This document shows, one piece after another, positions 1-12,635 of a DNA stretch of 64,000 nucleotides. The DNA lies in NCBI GenBank assembly GCA_002633005.1, contig NMRA01000517.1, positions 103,833 through 167,832 on the forward strand, read 5' to 3'. The stretch comes from Phoronis australis (taxonomy: Eukaryota; Animalia; Phoronida). The notes beneath the pieces are model-generated. The model saw only the letters and a list, made by a program, of their open reading frames with translations, had not been told where the DNA came from and ran no database searches. Both the position numbers and the translations under genes were made by a program. Each line of letters opens with the position of its first letter. Position 1 is the first letter of the stretch.

Positions 1-274
1 GAATGAAAGTAGTTGTCTTTGAACCCTGCTTTTAAACATTATACAACTGTTCCAGGTGGTCTGTGTAAGTAAAGAACATGCTTTAACAAAGGGTTATACG
101 GTCCTGGCTGAGAAGATAATTGCTTTCTTATCCTCTACTGGTTTTGAATAGCCAAGCCTTGGAATGAAGTTAGCTAGTAATTTGTGATTGCAGGACTGTC
201 TTGTAATTAAAAAGTATTTACCATAAGTTAATTTCCAAGACTCGTTCTTAATTTACTCTGATCATATCTTGCAG

Positions 275-3200
275 TACGTGAGCCTCCCCAAGCCCGACCT
301 TTGTCCAAACCTTCACGTAAGTACCCACCTCTGCTGTGATTGCATCATTCCAGAGATCTGCCATTTTTAGAAGGCAGGTCGCTGAAAACTGTGGGCTTAT
401 GTGTCTGCATCGGGTTTTCAATTAACCAAAATTTTAGTTAAGGTACGTCTAACATTCTGACACCCTCCTTGGAAGTCTGTGACTTTTCTGAAGTCGGTGA
501 GTGTCTTTTCTTGCTCTAGTGCCTCGTTGTTGCTAGTTAGATTTCACCAATCCTTAAGGCCAGACCTCCCTTTACATTTGTCAACATTGAGTATGTTGAC
601 TCGAGGTGATGTCCATGTGATCAGATGAATGTTATATATTAATTGATTTCAACTATGGCTTAAATCAACACAATCATTTACAGCCTTGCCACCACCTCCA
701 GCTCCTGTGAAGAAACACCCCTTCCCAGGCTCACGTAAGTTAAGACTTTCAATTTTCTGATTAAGTCAAGTACCATCAAAAGGGTTTGTTATGCACTTTT
801 GAAACCAGAACATAAACCTTCTTCTGCATTATTGTTGTGCTAATCAAACCATCATCAAATTCGTCCCCATAGAGAACCTAGATTTCAAAAATAAATATTT
901 CTTTCTCATGGAGTCAAATTAAATCGTTCATTGGTATTATTCTTCTTTATAGATATACTGAGAATCCTCATAGTTAGTATTCTTCCTTATAAACAATTAC
1001 TGTCAAGTTACTGTTTCATTATTAATCTCTCACACAGTTGTGTTCAAGTTAATGTTTCATAATTACAATTGTTACTCAAAAAGAATTGTCATCAAAAATA
1101 TCTATGTTATGTGTCCAGGCCTGCGAGTAATAATTCATACAGTTTTGTACAAACTGAAGTTCTGTAATGTTTCATTGGAGATTCATTGTCAAGTTAATGT
1201 GTTTCTAATTTACTCTGGGAAAAATGCTTTCCTTGTTGACAACTACTGAAACTTGACTATTCATTTCACATTCTGTGTGCTTTCTAAACATTTATAATTT
1301 ATGCCAATGTTAAATTTTATTACGACTAGGTTTACTGAGAAAGCTGCGACACATATTCTATGCTGCCTGGTTTATTGCATTTTTGAGAGCTGAAGTTAAA
1401 AAGGTAAGTCATTTCAAAGGTTAGTCATTTGTTATACACATTGTTTGTGAATGTGTTTTTAGTGGTTTTATGAATGAATTTTGTGGAGAAATCTTGTGTA
1501 AGTGATTACAGCGTTTTCCCATTGCTCCCAACTTGTTTGATTCTATATAGCCCAATATTAACAACAAGCTGGGAAGATGGTCCCTGTAGCCAATATCTTA
1601 CACGACTGATTAACTCCATTCTGGCATTCATGGTTGGAGGGCCAGCTCTCTGTTTGATAATTGCTCTAATCACCAATAAGATCGTATCTAGCCTGACTGG
1701 GCTGTGCTGTTAAAAATAAAAGCTAAGTTATAACATATTTGAACGTAAACCAATAGCAGTTCTGAAATCCTCGTCAAATGGTGATCATATTTAGTTTTTG
1801 AATCGCCAAAATTGCCCAACTGCAACTGAATTTACGACAGTCCATTCTTTCTGAGCGTACCAAATAATGCGCTCTGCTCTTGACTGTGTTCACACTTGGT
1901 CTGTAATAAGCCTGGTAGATTATTGGCCTGCCTGTTGTCATAACAGACAAAGACTAGGCGTGGCAGTGAACAAAGGAGCTAGATGTTATCACATGCTCAC
2001 AACCCTCTACGTCTGGTAAAGTCACTGAATGAAAAAACACCATCATGCGAAGTGAATGTCATTCAGGAGTTCCAGTATCTCTGTGATATTTTTAGGATTA
2101 GTCATTGTGTGTTGCTATTTTCAATCTCAGAATGTTTTGCTGTTGAATCCTCATTAACATATAGAGAAGATTCATTTAGTTGTAAAGATCAGTGGTTCAT
2201 TGTATGCAGACTACTTACACTGTTCATTACATGCAGACTATTTAGACCATTCATTACATGCAGACTATTTACACCATGACTGTTGTTCATTATATGCAAA
2301 CTACTTACACTGTTCATTACATGCAGACTATTTACACCCTGACTGGTTCATTACATGCAGACTATTTACACCATGACTGGTTCATTACATGCAGACTATT
2401 TACACCATGACTGGTTCATTACATGCAGACTATTTACACCATCAGTGGTTCATTACATGCAGACTATTTACACCATCAGTGGTTCATTACATGCAGACTA
2501 TTTACACCATCAGTGGTTCATTACATGCAGACTATTTACACCATCAGTGGTTCATTACATGCAGACTATTTACACCATCAGTGGTTCATTACATGCAGAC
2601 TATTTACACCATCAGTGGTTCATTACATGCAGACTATTTACACCATCAGTGGTTCATTACATGCAGACTATTTACACCATCAGTGGTTCATTACATGCAG
2701 ACTATTTACACCATCAGTGGTTCATTACATGCAGACTATTTACACCATCAGTGGTTCATTACATGCAGACTATTTACACCATCAGTGGTTCATTACATGC
2801 AGACTATTTACACCATCAGTGGTTCATTACATGCAGACTATTTACACCATCAGTGGTTCATTACATGCAGACTATTTACACCATCAGTGGTTCATTACAT
2901 GCAGACTATTTACACCATCAGTGGTTCATTACATGCAGACTATTTACACCATCAGTGGTTCATTACATGCAGACTATTTACACCATCAGTGGTTCATTAC
3001 ATGCAGACTATTTACACCATCAGTGGTTCATTACATGCAGACTATTTACACCATCAGTGGTTCATTACATGCAGACTATTTACACCATCAGTGGTTCATT
3101 ACATGCAGACTATTTACACCATCAGTGGTTCATTACATGTAGACTACTTACACCATGAGTTGGTGATGCCTGGTATTAGTATGTATCTTAGTAAGAACTT

Positions 3201-6200
3201 GTTGAACACCAGACTTTGTGCAAGTAGAAATACTAGACAAAAGACTGAAGATATAATCAGATGTAAGTGTTCTAACAGTTAGTTTGTCTATTAACTTTAA
3301 GTTTATTGTAATGTTTACATTTCTCGAGTTTTGATAGGGCTTGTAGGAATTTAAAGTATAGTCTGTTTCCTTCAATTTTTAAATAAAATAATATTTTTCT
3401 TTGTTTCTCATTATCTTGGTGTCTTTCTTTCAGAATAAAAAGCCAACAAAAAAGTTTTTGTTTGGTATCAAATTAAAGGAAGCGGTTGCAGCTCTTCACA
3501 GGATTTACCTGAATGTAAGTAATGCACAAGTAGTCTAGACTAACTACCATTGGCTGGGCACACTTGATTCATCGAGTGCACAGGTAGTCCAGTTAACTAC
3601 CATTCACTTGGTTCCTAAGGGATCCCTCTGATTGCATGAACTATTGACAATCTTCAAGTTTTTTCTCTTAGTTCATTTTATGAGAGGATTAACTGAAATT
3701 TTTAAATTGTTTTAAAAATGCTACAATCAATGAACTTTTGTTTATTCTAAATTCTCAGTGAATTCTTGCTAAAAATAGTCTCACTCAGTTCTCATTGAAG
3801 AAGTTGCAAAGTTTGAACTCTCTCTATCTACCACTGTGTTTCCACTACCCACTAGACCAACAATGACAACCTGTGGTGTGCCAGTTGCCTACTGAGATTG
3901 GGCTTGCACCAACTGATGTGGAGAGCCTCAGGAATTTTAAGCTCCTTTGTTGTTTCTGATTGGTCTATTAAAGTCATTGAAAGAGCATTACTCATAACAG
4001 TGATCAGAGCTCTGCAGATGAATATTAATATGTGTACTTCTGTCAGAATTTAGATGTTGCCTGGTCCAGGTTTTCAAATGGTGAACAGTCTCACTGATAT
4101 AAGTGGAGCCACATCTAGTACGTAAAGTCAAATAATTTCGTACAAGTACGCTGGACAAGGGATCCATAGGAATTTTGTCTTTTGGGGTAAATAAATTAGA
4201 CAGTTATAGAGACTTGAATGATAAATACAGCTCTTAAGTTGGCACAGTAATCATTCCAACCAGTTTAGTTTTTGTTGAGCAATACTAGCATAAGAATCAA
4301 CATAGGGTGTTTTAAAATACCGCATTCGCCGTAATAAGTGCCCATGTCCCTATAAGCACCCTCCACGTATTTTCAGATTTCGCTAAAATAAGCGCCCAGC
4401 TCATGATCTGTATACCTTCAAAAAATGCCTTACCTACTGTTCTTCAATTTATCAATGATTCCCGACAGTCCTGAAAAAATTATTGTGTGCGGAATTTCTC
4501 GACCACAAGCCTTGCCGCTATGTCGGTATTTAGCCGTGACTATACACTTTGAACTTCCGCAGTGCTTCAAAGAGAACACAAAAGTGTTACTGTCTCACTG
4601 TGGTCAGGCCTTTCAAAACAGACGCAGCGTACTTGTCAACGGGAATGTATTGTTATCTTTCCTGTACAGATCTCCCTCAACAGGAATCCAGATTTTTTGT
4701 ACACATGAAAACCACAAATTGAAAACTGATAAAAACTTGACCAGTGCTAAAAGCATGTGGCCAAGGCATGTAGGCAATGAGATAAATATAGCTCATTGCA
4801 TGTGGGCTTGCTACTCTGGCAAATGAACTCTGATATGCCATGCATGCGCTGGCTAACCAGGCACACACATGCAGAGGAACTTCAAAACACACGTCATGTG
4901 ACAACAACATGACTGTGTATGTTCATCCAGATTTTTTCGTGTTGGGGGGTGCGATCTAGCGCAGATTTGAACTCAGTTAATCTGCAGATATTCCTGACTC
5001 CACAGGAACTTAAAGGTCTTACGGACACTATTAAGGAAAATTTCAGGTAATTTGCTGAATCGAAACTCAGTTTTTATTCAAGAATTCAAGTTGCCCTATT
5101 GACGATCGCGAGGCAGCGACGCATTAGCCAGTGAGTTTTCACCGTAGGATATCCACACAATTTTCTGAAAAAGGATCTTAATTTTACAATGAAGTTTGAT
5201 AGCAATGCACAATTTTGTATGTTGTAAGTTACAGAGTGAAAATTTGATAAATCCTAGCTTCCGATTTCATTCATTTTGGAGACTGTGTTTCAACCACCTT
5301 AGGCTACAATAAGCGCCCTCTCCCGGAAACAAATTTTTCTAAGCACCCTGGGCACTTATTAGGTCAAATACGGTACTTGCAGTTGGTACTGTCTATAGGG
5401 TTATGTTGCAGTTTTACTTATGAGGATGGTGTTTTAATAAACATCAAATCATGTCAAGCCAGTTTAAATCAATTGATATTTATGCTGCTTCTTGCTATGG
5501 CTATTTTCTGTTCTCCGTCTTGTAGCCTGATGGAAAGATCTTCCCCATATTGAGTGATGCAGTTGGTGATGGTGCGATAGACCTGAGTGTTGACGTCACC
5601 AATGAGCGACCGTCAACTGATGACAAACAGGCGTTCCAAGAGTTGGTCTTCATTGTTGAAAACATCACTTATAATATTACGGATATCATGGTAAAAACAT
5701 GTCTTTCATATTTTGAGAGACTGCATGTGTGTCTATGTACTGCAGTCAATCATTGGTTCATCTTGTGTTAACTGTGCACATGTATTGTGGAATGACTGAG
5801 GTAAAGGCAATCAAAAGTTGAGCCATGTTTGTCAGACTGATAGTTTTGCCTTCCTTTCTTGTCCTTGTTGGGGTCTTTAACTATATGCAGTCTGCTTCAT
5901 GCCATTGTTTACTGCAGATTTAGAGGTGAATCAAATTGTTCAAAGTACATTAAAGTTATAACTATAGGAAACAGTTTTTTTGTAATTATAGTTAGTACAC
6001 ATTTTTATGGCTCTCTTGCCTTGGTACCATGCAGTTTCACTGTAGTTATAAAGCATCAGAGAATTTGAAAAAAATAATGTCACGTTGTTTTCCTTGCTTA
6101 TTTTTTAGCCGGAAACAGGTGTGCTGGGTACACACAAGAAGGCAGCAGTGTTTGAATTGATCAAAGATGGTCATCAATTTCCTCTTGGCTACTTCTGGCA

Positions 6201-9200
6201 AATAGAGAAGGTTAGTTTTCTTTGGGTGCATGTACTGTAATATCTCAACTATTATAGACACTAATAATTGTCAAAGTTTACCTTTTTTATTTTCTTTGAC
6301 TTGTCTGACTTACAAATCGGTGAGATATGTTTTGGTTTGATCAATAGTTAGGTTTATAAATGTTGGTCATATAGAAGCAGAGTGACTGTGTTGGAATGTG
6401 ATAAGTAAAGGGTGTGAACAAAACAGTGGTATGTTGGAACAGTGGTATGTTTAGCTTGAGATTTCTGCCCATTTCAGGCTCACAAGTGTGACCATTAGTT
6501 TGGCGAGTCTTTGTCAAGAGTTGTGATACCTCATGTTTACATTTATCATTTCCAGTTGTCCACAGCTGTTGTGTATCCAAGGTAGTGCATGTTCATCAAG
6601 GTAGTGCATGTTCATGCTGTAGTGTTCATGGACATGACCAACTAGATGTGTGCTTACGGGTACATATTATGTACATTAATTTCTGAAACTTAAGCCTTGA
6701 TAATTACACTGTGAAACTTTGAGTGTCTCCTTTTCCCCTGGAAATTGGCCTGCAACTTGAAAGCCATTAGGGCTGTTCCAGCAAAATCTGTGTGGGAGGG
6801 GGGGAAGGCAAGTGAAATAAAAATTTATGGGTGGTTGCATTTGATTTAAATTCAAAATGGCTGGTGGTCGTACTTCAAAAACATTAAAATGTACAGGTCG
6901 TTGTTGTTTCATTGGGCCATAAATGTTTGGTGGTGGGTAATTTTAGTAATTTTTATAAACAATCCGCACAGAATCAAAAACTGAAACAAAAATGCAACTT
7001 GCAAAAAGCTCCGACTTTTTCACTCCCTCTGATCTCCTCATTGGCATGCCCGTAACACCATTTAACCACAGGTGCTCGAATTTCTCAATGGCTAATCACC
7101 ATATATAAGAAACATATGTTTTCTTAGTAATGAATGACGTTAGTGGTGATGGAGGAACAGATAAACTCAAGCGCCTGTGCAGTCAACCACAAGAACAAAA
7201 AAAAATTACGGGTGGTTGCATTTCAAACTTATAAAAAATTACGGGTGGTAGGCTGAAGAAATAAATGAAAAATATGGGTGGTGGGTGCGAAAAAAGGTGC
7301 CTTCCCCCCTCCCATACAGATTTTACTGGAACAGCCCTTACATTTTTCATCACAAACACTTCATTGCAATGTTGTTAAGCTAGAAGTGGTTCCTGTTTAA
7401 TACTGTCTATTATTGAGCAGAAGTTGCCAGGTGAACACTGCACGTTTGCTATGCCACAGTTATGTATTCAGCTCTGACTCTCCAATCCCCAAACTGCATG
7501 TTTCCAAATGTGCACCACACATATCTACAAAGAAATGCAATTTATGGTTGTGAAATAAAAGAATAAAAACAAACATTGGGGATTCCCTAATTTTGGGGAG
7601 AATCCTGTAGCTGGTCCATTTAGTACATGGCAGGGAGATCAAGTCCAGGATCTCTGTTCAGACTTGGTGTGTGGATTTGGACCAAGAGAGATATGGACGA
7701 AAGGGTTGTGCACCGACAACCTCAGGGTATTGCTTTGCATTTCCAAGAGTGATCTTTATTTAACAGTATCTTATTATTGTTATTATTCTCTAGGATCTGC
7801 TTGAGTTTGATGAAAATGAAGCCACAAAGAATATTGACAACAAACGTGCATCTATGTTGTTGCTCGGTATCTTCGTCTCTCGCAGTCTAGTGACCACGGT
7901 AAATGAGCAATGGTGTTCTATGCTAATCCCTGAATCAAGTTTCACTGAAAATACACAATTGCCAACAGATGTCACTAGCTTCCCTGAATTCTAATGTACA
8001 TCAATATAGTTACAATGATAACAAAACAACATGTCCTTTAATGTAAATAGTGAGGATTAAATCCCAAAATTGTTGTCAATTTAGTATTTTATTTCATTTC
8101 ATGCTTTTGATATTTTTCAAACGCGTTTTGGAGAACAATGTACATAAAGCACATTATCTGAAAGTTTCGTATGATTTCAATCAAATTTCTGAGATATGAT
8201 GTTCAGGAGTTGGCCACGTTTGGACATATTTCTAGGAATCGTAACTTGCTTCTTTTGACATATCACATGTACTACATCATTAAGTGAATTGAGACATATC
8301 ACATGCACTACATCATTACGTGAATTGAGACATATCACATGTACTACATCATTATGTGATTTGAGACATATCACATGTACTACATCATTATGTGAATTGA
8401 GACATATCACATGTACTACATCATTATGTGAATTGAGGCATATCACATGTACTACATCATTATGTGAATTGAGACATATCACATGCACTACATCATTATG
8501 TGAATTGAGACATATCACATGTACTACATCATTATGTGAATTGAGACATATCACATGTACTACATCATTATGTGAATTGAGACATATCACATGTACTACA
8601 TCATTATGTGAATTGAGACTGATGTTGAAATTACCAAATTAGTTGATCAACTCCAAGTGGATCTCTTTAAATATGTCTTATAGTGTCTTATATTGTCTTA
8701 TATTGTTCTCACAGCTGATGATGAAACCTCTGGACTACGGTCTATCTACTACAGTTCTGGGAACAGTTGCTGAGAATAACCTTCGTCTCCTAGCAACCAT
8801 TTTTATTTACATAGTGAGAAAAACAGTTGTGCCTCCAAATGACCCACCACTGGTAAGTCAGTCTCAACATCAGTTAGCCTGTGTGTAATGAACCACCACT
8901 GGTAAGCCAATCTCAATAACAGGTAGTATGGGTGCAATGAACCACCACTGGTAAGCTAATCTCAATAGCAGTTAGCCTGGGCATAATCATCTCCTTGATG
9001 TTTGCATCCCATTTCAGTCCTGGTTGTGTTTCACTGCTCCCATTGTGCAGGTGCCATCTGTTGTCCATGTTTAAAACTTAATTTATGTTTTCCATGATAG
9101 CAATAAGTAGCAGCATATATTAATAAAAACAACCACGGTTTTAAATCACCTTGACATGTTTCGGTGTCATTTATTCAAACATTATCATGAGAAGAGAGAA

Positions 9201-11248
9201 TATGGTGGCCACCTTGCTAGGCCCAGCAGGAAGTAACACCAGGACCAGGGAACATGTGAGAGAAGATTACATGTAACTATTCATCTACAGAGCTCTAATC
9301 ATTATTATCAGCAGTGCTCTTTCAATGACTGCAATAATAGACCAGGCAGAAACAACAAAGGAGCTTAAAATTCGTGAGGCTCTACACATCAATTGGTGCA
9401 AGCCCAATCTCAATAGGCAACTGGCACACCACAGGTTGTCATTGTTGGTTTAGTTTATTGTCACTCCATGTACATGTAACTGACTGTATGTGCTTCGTTA
9501 CTTGTTGCTGGGCCTAGCTAAGTGGCCAGTCACCATATTCTCTCTTCTGACCATGGTGTTTGAATAAATGACACCGAAACATGTCAAGTCGATTTAAAAC
9601 CATGGTTGGTTTTATTTATTAATTCATGTTTGCCTGGACCTCAAGTCTGACTTGCTTGGCAAACACAGGATACAAGGTAATTCAACCATTTTGTATTCGA
9701 TACTCATAAAATTTCATAATCTGGCCTGACTGAAAATTTCCAAGAAACGAAGTATACAACACCTTGCCTGGATTAATGGTCGATTAACTCCTGACAAATA
9801 AACGTCAGTGTATTTTATGCCAACGTTACACTGTGGACTAAGTGATTTATTTCAGAGCAAATCTTGACCATGCGTGTCTGGAAATTTATTTTTGACAGAA
9901 ATGCTGTAGTTGCACGTAGTATTTATACATTAAAGTAACAACATTTTGTCCTGTTAAGGTGGCTAAAAATCAAAAATTAACTAAATTGACCTTTCACTTT
10001 CAGTCTGATAGGATTTTGTTTTCATTATCAACTCAAGTTACAGGCAATCCATACAAGCGCCATTTTCAATTTGTCAATTTTAGGGTTGGGATGAAGGCCC
10101 ATAAAGTGTGAAATGTTTTCTCCAGTTGTTTTTCTTCGTATTGGATTTAGAATGCTATAGCAGTAAGAAATCTTAAGATCGATTTTGAGAGAGTATGAAT
10201 TCCTAATATCTCACTTTCGAAATAACCACATTAAATGACCTGCCAGACGGCGATCAGGTCCTTGGTGGCCTGCAAACATTCAGTGCCACCTGCAGATTCC
10301 GTGTGTTGCGGATGGGTCCAGGTTTCAGCCTACTAGGTATAAAACGCCTTTTGACACCTTTCTTTTCAATATAATTCCGGCAAATTTCCATTTCTATGTA
10401 GTGGGATGTACTTAGTCTTGCGAAAAAAGTCAAGACCCTTTTGAAATATTAATGGATGATCAAGGACATCATGTTCCATACATTTCCCACTGCGAAGAAA
10501 TATCCGCAACAAACTAAGCCAGTGACTGCGGTAGAATTTTGTTCCCATCTGGTGTCAAAAGCTAAAATAACTTTATGAAGTTAAACCATTCGAAGAATGA
10601 AATCGAGGGCTAACAGTGTAATTTATTCCTCTGCTTCAAATTAATGAACCACTAGCCTAATTGTAGTTGTACCCGTAATTGAATTTCTGTCCATGCACCC
10701 AATGTGAATCGGGATCAACCGGAAGTCTTTTTTGTGCGCTTGTCGCTCTAGAGGGTGCCAATTAAGTGAAAAGTCTCCTATTCACAGTTGGTTTGAATCT
10801 TCCTATTATTTTCATTACAGCCAATGCCTTATGAGATATCAAGTTATCTGTACTCTGATGAAGACATGAAGGGGACCTACACTAAATTGAAGAAAAGCAT
10901 TGATTATGCTGAGGTAGTGTATTGGAAATAATGTATTGATTATGCTGAGGTAGTGTATTGGAAATAATGTATTGATTATGTTGAGGTAGTGTATTGGAAA
11001 TAATGTATTAATTATGTTGAGGTAGTGTATTGGAAATAATGTAGAGGTAGTGTATCATTGGAAATTCAGACATTTGTTATGTTGAGGTCATCGGGGTATT
11101 GGAAATTCAGACATTCGTTATGTTTAGGTAATGAAGTTAGTGTGTGAAGATTCTATTCTTTATATTATATTTTCAGGGTCTTTTCAGGGACTGGGGTGAT
11201 GAATATGTTAAAAGATTGAGAAATGCAGTACCTCAAGCGACGACATAG
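275..11248 (+). CDS. 3' part (10 coding exons, about 306 aa) of an uncharacterised protein: Pro-rich micro-exons followed by a probably globular C-terminal domain; the 5' end lies upstream of the window
   Basis: Exons 275-316, 684-734, 1330-1403, 3434-3514, 5526-5690, 6109-6210, 7794-7898, 8715-8852, 10821-10913 and 11177-11248 (TAG). All are AG/GT flanked, phase-compatible and stop-free: ..REPPQARPLSKPS-PLPPPPAPVKKHPFPGS-RLLRKLRHIFYAAWFIAFLRAEVKK-NKKPTKKFLFGIKLKEAVAALHRIYLN-PDGKIFPILSD..-PETGVLGTHKK..GYFWQIEK-DLLEFDE..-LMMKPLDYG..-PMPYEISSY..-GLFRDWGDEYVKRLRNAVPQATT*. Family not recognised. Confidence 0.85.
2190..3156. repeat. 34-bp minisatellite, about 24 near-perfect copies plus degenerate 5' copies
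   Basis: Unit TTCATTACATGCAGACTATTTACACCATCAGTGG. It explains the three overlapping repetitive ORFs. Confidence 0.97.
3851..4040 (-). mobile_element. Penelope-like element fragment (GIY-YIG C-terminus)
   Basis: Reverse complement of about 9270-9453 (IDQ.ETTKELKI.EALHISWCKPNL.RQLAHHRLSLLV*). Confidence 0.7.
4320..5373. mobile_element. Non-autonomous Tc1/mariner (pogo/Tigger-like) DNA transposon
   Basis: Imperfect TIRs CCGCATTCGCCGTAATAAGTGCCCA / TGGGCACTTATTAGGTCAAATACGG, TA on both sides (4318-19, 5374-75), and subterminal ATAAGC(G/A)CCC repeats. Confidence 0.75.
6770..7337. mobile_element. PIF/Harbinger-type MITE
   Basis: TIRs of about 40 bp, GGGCTGTTCCAGCAAAATCTGTGTGGGAGGGGGGGAAGGCA and its reverse complement, with a TTA target duplication at 6767-69 and 7338-40. 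Confidence 0.85.
8258..8618. repeat. 36-bp minisatellite, about 10 copies
   Basis: Unit GACATATCACATGTACTACATCATTATGTGAATTGA. Confidence 0.95.
8838..8985 (+). repeat. 49-bp x3 tandem repeat spanning an exon end and its splice donor
   Basis: AATGA(C/A)CCACCACTG|GTAAG repeated, with GT at 8853, 8902 and 8951. Confidence 0.9.
9121..9621 (+). mobile_element. Truncated Penelope-like retroelement with inverted pseudo-LTRs and a hammerhead-like motif
   Basis: About 110-bp inverted repeats (9121-9230 vs 9505-9621). The internal remnant IIDQAETTKELKIREALHINWCKPNLNRQ is typical of PLE GIY-YIG C-termini. Confidence 0.8.
9544..9588 (+). ncRNA. Degenerate minimal type-I hammerhead ribozyme (PLE-associated)
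   Basis: ctt-CTGAccA-t-GGTGT-loop-ACACC-GAAA-catg-TC-aag. The inverted copy at about 9150-9195 reads CTcATGA, so the two copies together restore CTGAYGA. Confidence 0.6.
10900..11130 (+). repeat. 36-bp tandem repeat (about 4 good plus degenerate copies) spanning an exon end and its donor
   Basis: ATTGATTATGCTGAG|GTAGTGTATTGGAAATAATGT, with GT at 10914, 10950, 10986 and 11022. Confidence 0.9.
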
Positions 11249-11359
11249 AATTGCTCAATTTGTCAATATGAAGTCACCAGAATGTAGATGACTTGATAGC
11301 TTAAGCTCCAGCAATTATAGGCAGATCCTGCTCTAATCCAGTCAGGTCGTTGTGTAAAA

Positions 11360-11512
11360 GTGGCCAGTGTTATACTGTGGATGTGTGGCCACTGGTACTG
11401 TGAATGTATGGCCACTGTTATACGTGGATGTATGGCCACTGGTACTGTGGATGTATGGCCACTGTTGTACTGTGGATGTGTGGCCACTGTTATACTGTGG
11501 ATGTGTGGCCGC
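11360..11512. repeat. Degenerate minisatellite of about 25 bp in the 3'UTR of gene 1
   Basis: Variants of GTGGCCACTGTTATACTGTGGATGT. Confidence 0.85.
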
Positions 11513-12635
11513 AGTTAATGTGACACGCAAGATTAAATAATGGGTATATACTTGGAATAAGTTAAATGTACTTCTAAGGAAAGAGCAAGCAATACGTATA
11601 TCTTGGTTACACCTTAAAATTATGCAAATTTGTCACGCCATTTCACCAGTGTATTTTTGTTGCACAGTCGACCAAAAACGTTAGGGTCTCTGCAAGTACT
11701 CAGTGCTGGTCAGTTGAGCCATGTTACAGTAGATCTGTAGTACTGGTTATGAGCTCAAGGTGGTGTTTTGTAGCTTTATGAATGCTTGAAACATTATAAC
11801 TGTAATTAAAAGGTTTCCTGTTAGTGCAAAACTTAGAGTTTAAATTTGGTCCCCTGAAGGTTAAAGTCAAGCAAAAACACTCAGCTGGTCAAACCAAAAA
11901 TCCACACCTACTTCAAACCATTATGAATCAACTCAGTGGCATTGAATGTTACTGGGTGTTAAAGAATTAATTAATAATTAAGTGCAGTGTGGAAAATCTG
12001 CAATCATAAAAAACAAACACAGGGTTGCTCAAAAAACATGAATCAAAACAATGTTCAATGGGTAAAACATAATTAATTAAAAAGATGCAAAAACTATTGT
12101 TAAACAGACATATTTTACTGGTCTTATTTATTGATTTTTAATTAATTTATATCAGTTATGGCATCTAGCCTTATTACTGTTGTTGAACATTGTCTACTCA
12201 TTAGTCTGCAAAGTTTTCTGTTCAAAGGAAATATGTTGGATTATGCATGTTGCTGTTCTACTGTCATGGCAGGCTGCTCGTCTCAAACCCGATGGCCCCT
12301 GTTCAACTTTATGGTTTTATTAAAAGTGGCCTTGCCTTTCGAATTTCTGTACATGAAAAATAAAGCGTGTTTAAGCGACCTCTAAGGAAATCTTGTGTTT
12401 ATAGACGTTTCACTGACAGTGTCTTATTCACAATACAATCAATGTTTTGTTTATAGACAGTTACCCTTCCTTATCTTAGCTATTTCAGCAAGATGTTAAT
12501 ACTGACGTTTCAACTATTTAAATCTTTGAAACAAAACAATGTTTTGCAGAACATTCTTAAGTTTGATTCAGTTTGATAGCGTCTTACAAAATGGCGGCAT
12601 GTCGAGTAGTGTGACTAACTCTGCGAGTCAGATAA

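Noticed and set aside
2355-3282. 239-297 aa repetitive ORFs and a CRISPR-like 34-bp periodicity
   Set aside because: Head-to-tail identical units with no spacers and no cas genes. It is an intronic minisatellite.
7662-7726. Extra AG..GT segment before the gene 1 exon at 7794
   Set aside because: Not needed for frame, would shift phase, and the donor is weak.
12589-12600. YY1-like AAAATGGCGGC as a gene start
   Set aside because: The ORF closes after 7 codons, and the motif is also common in transposon subtermini.
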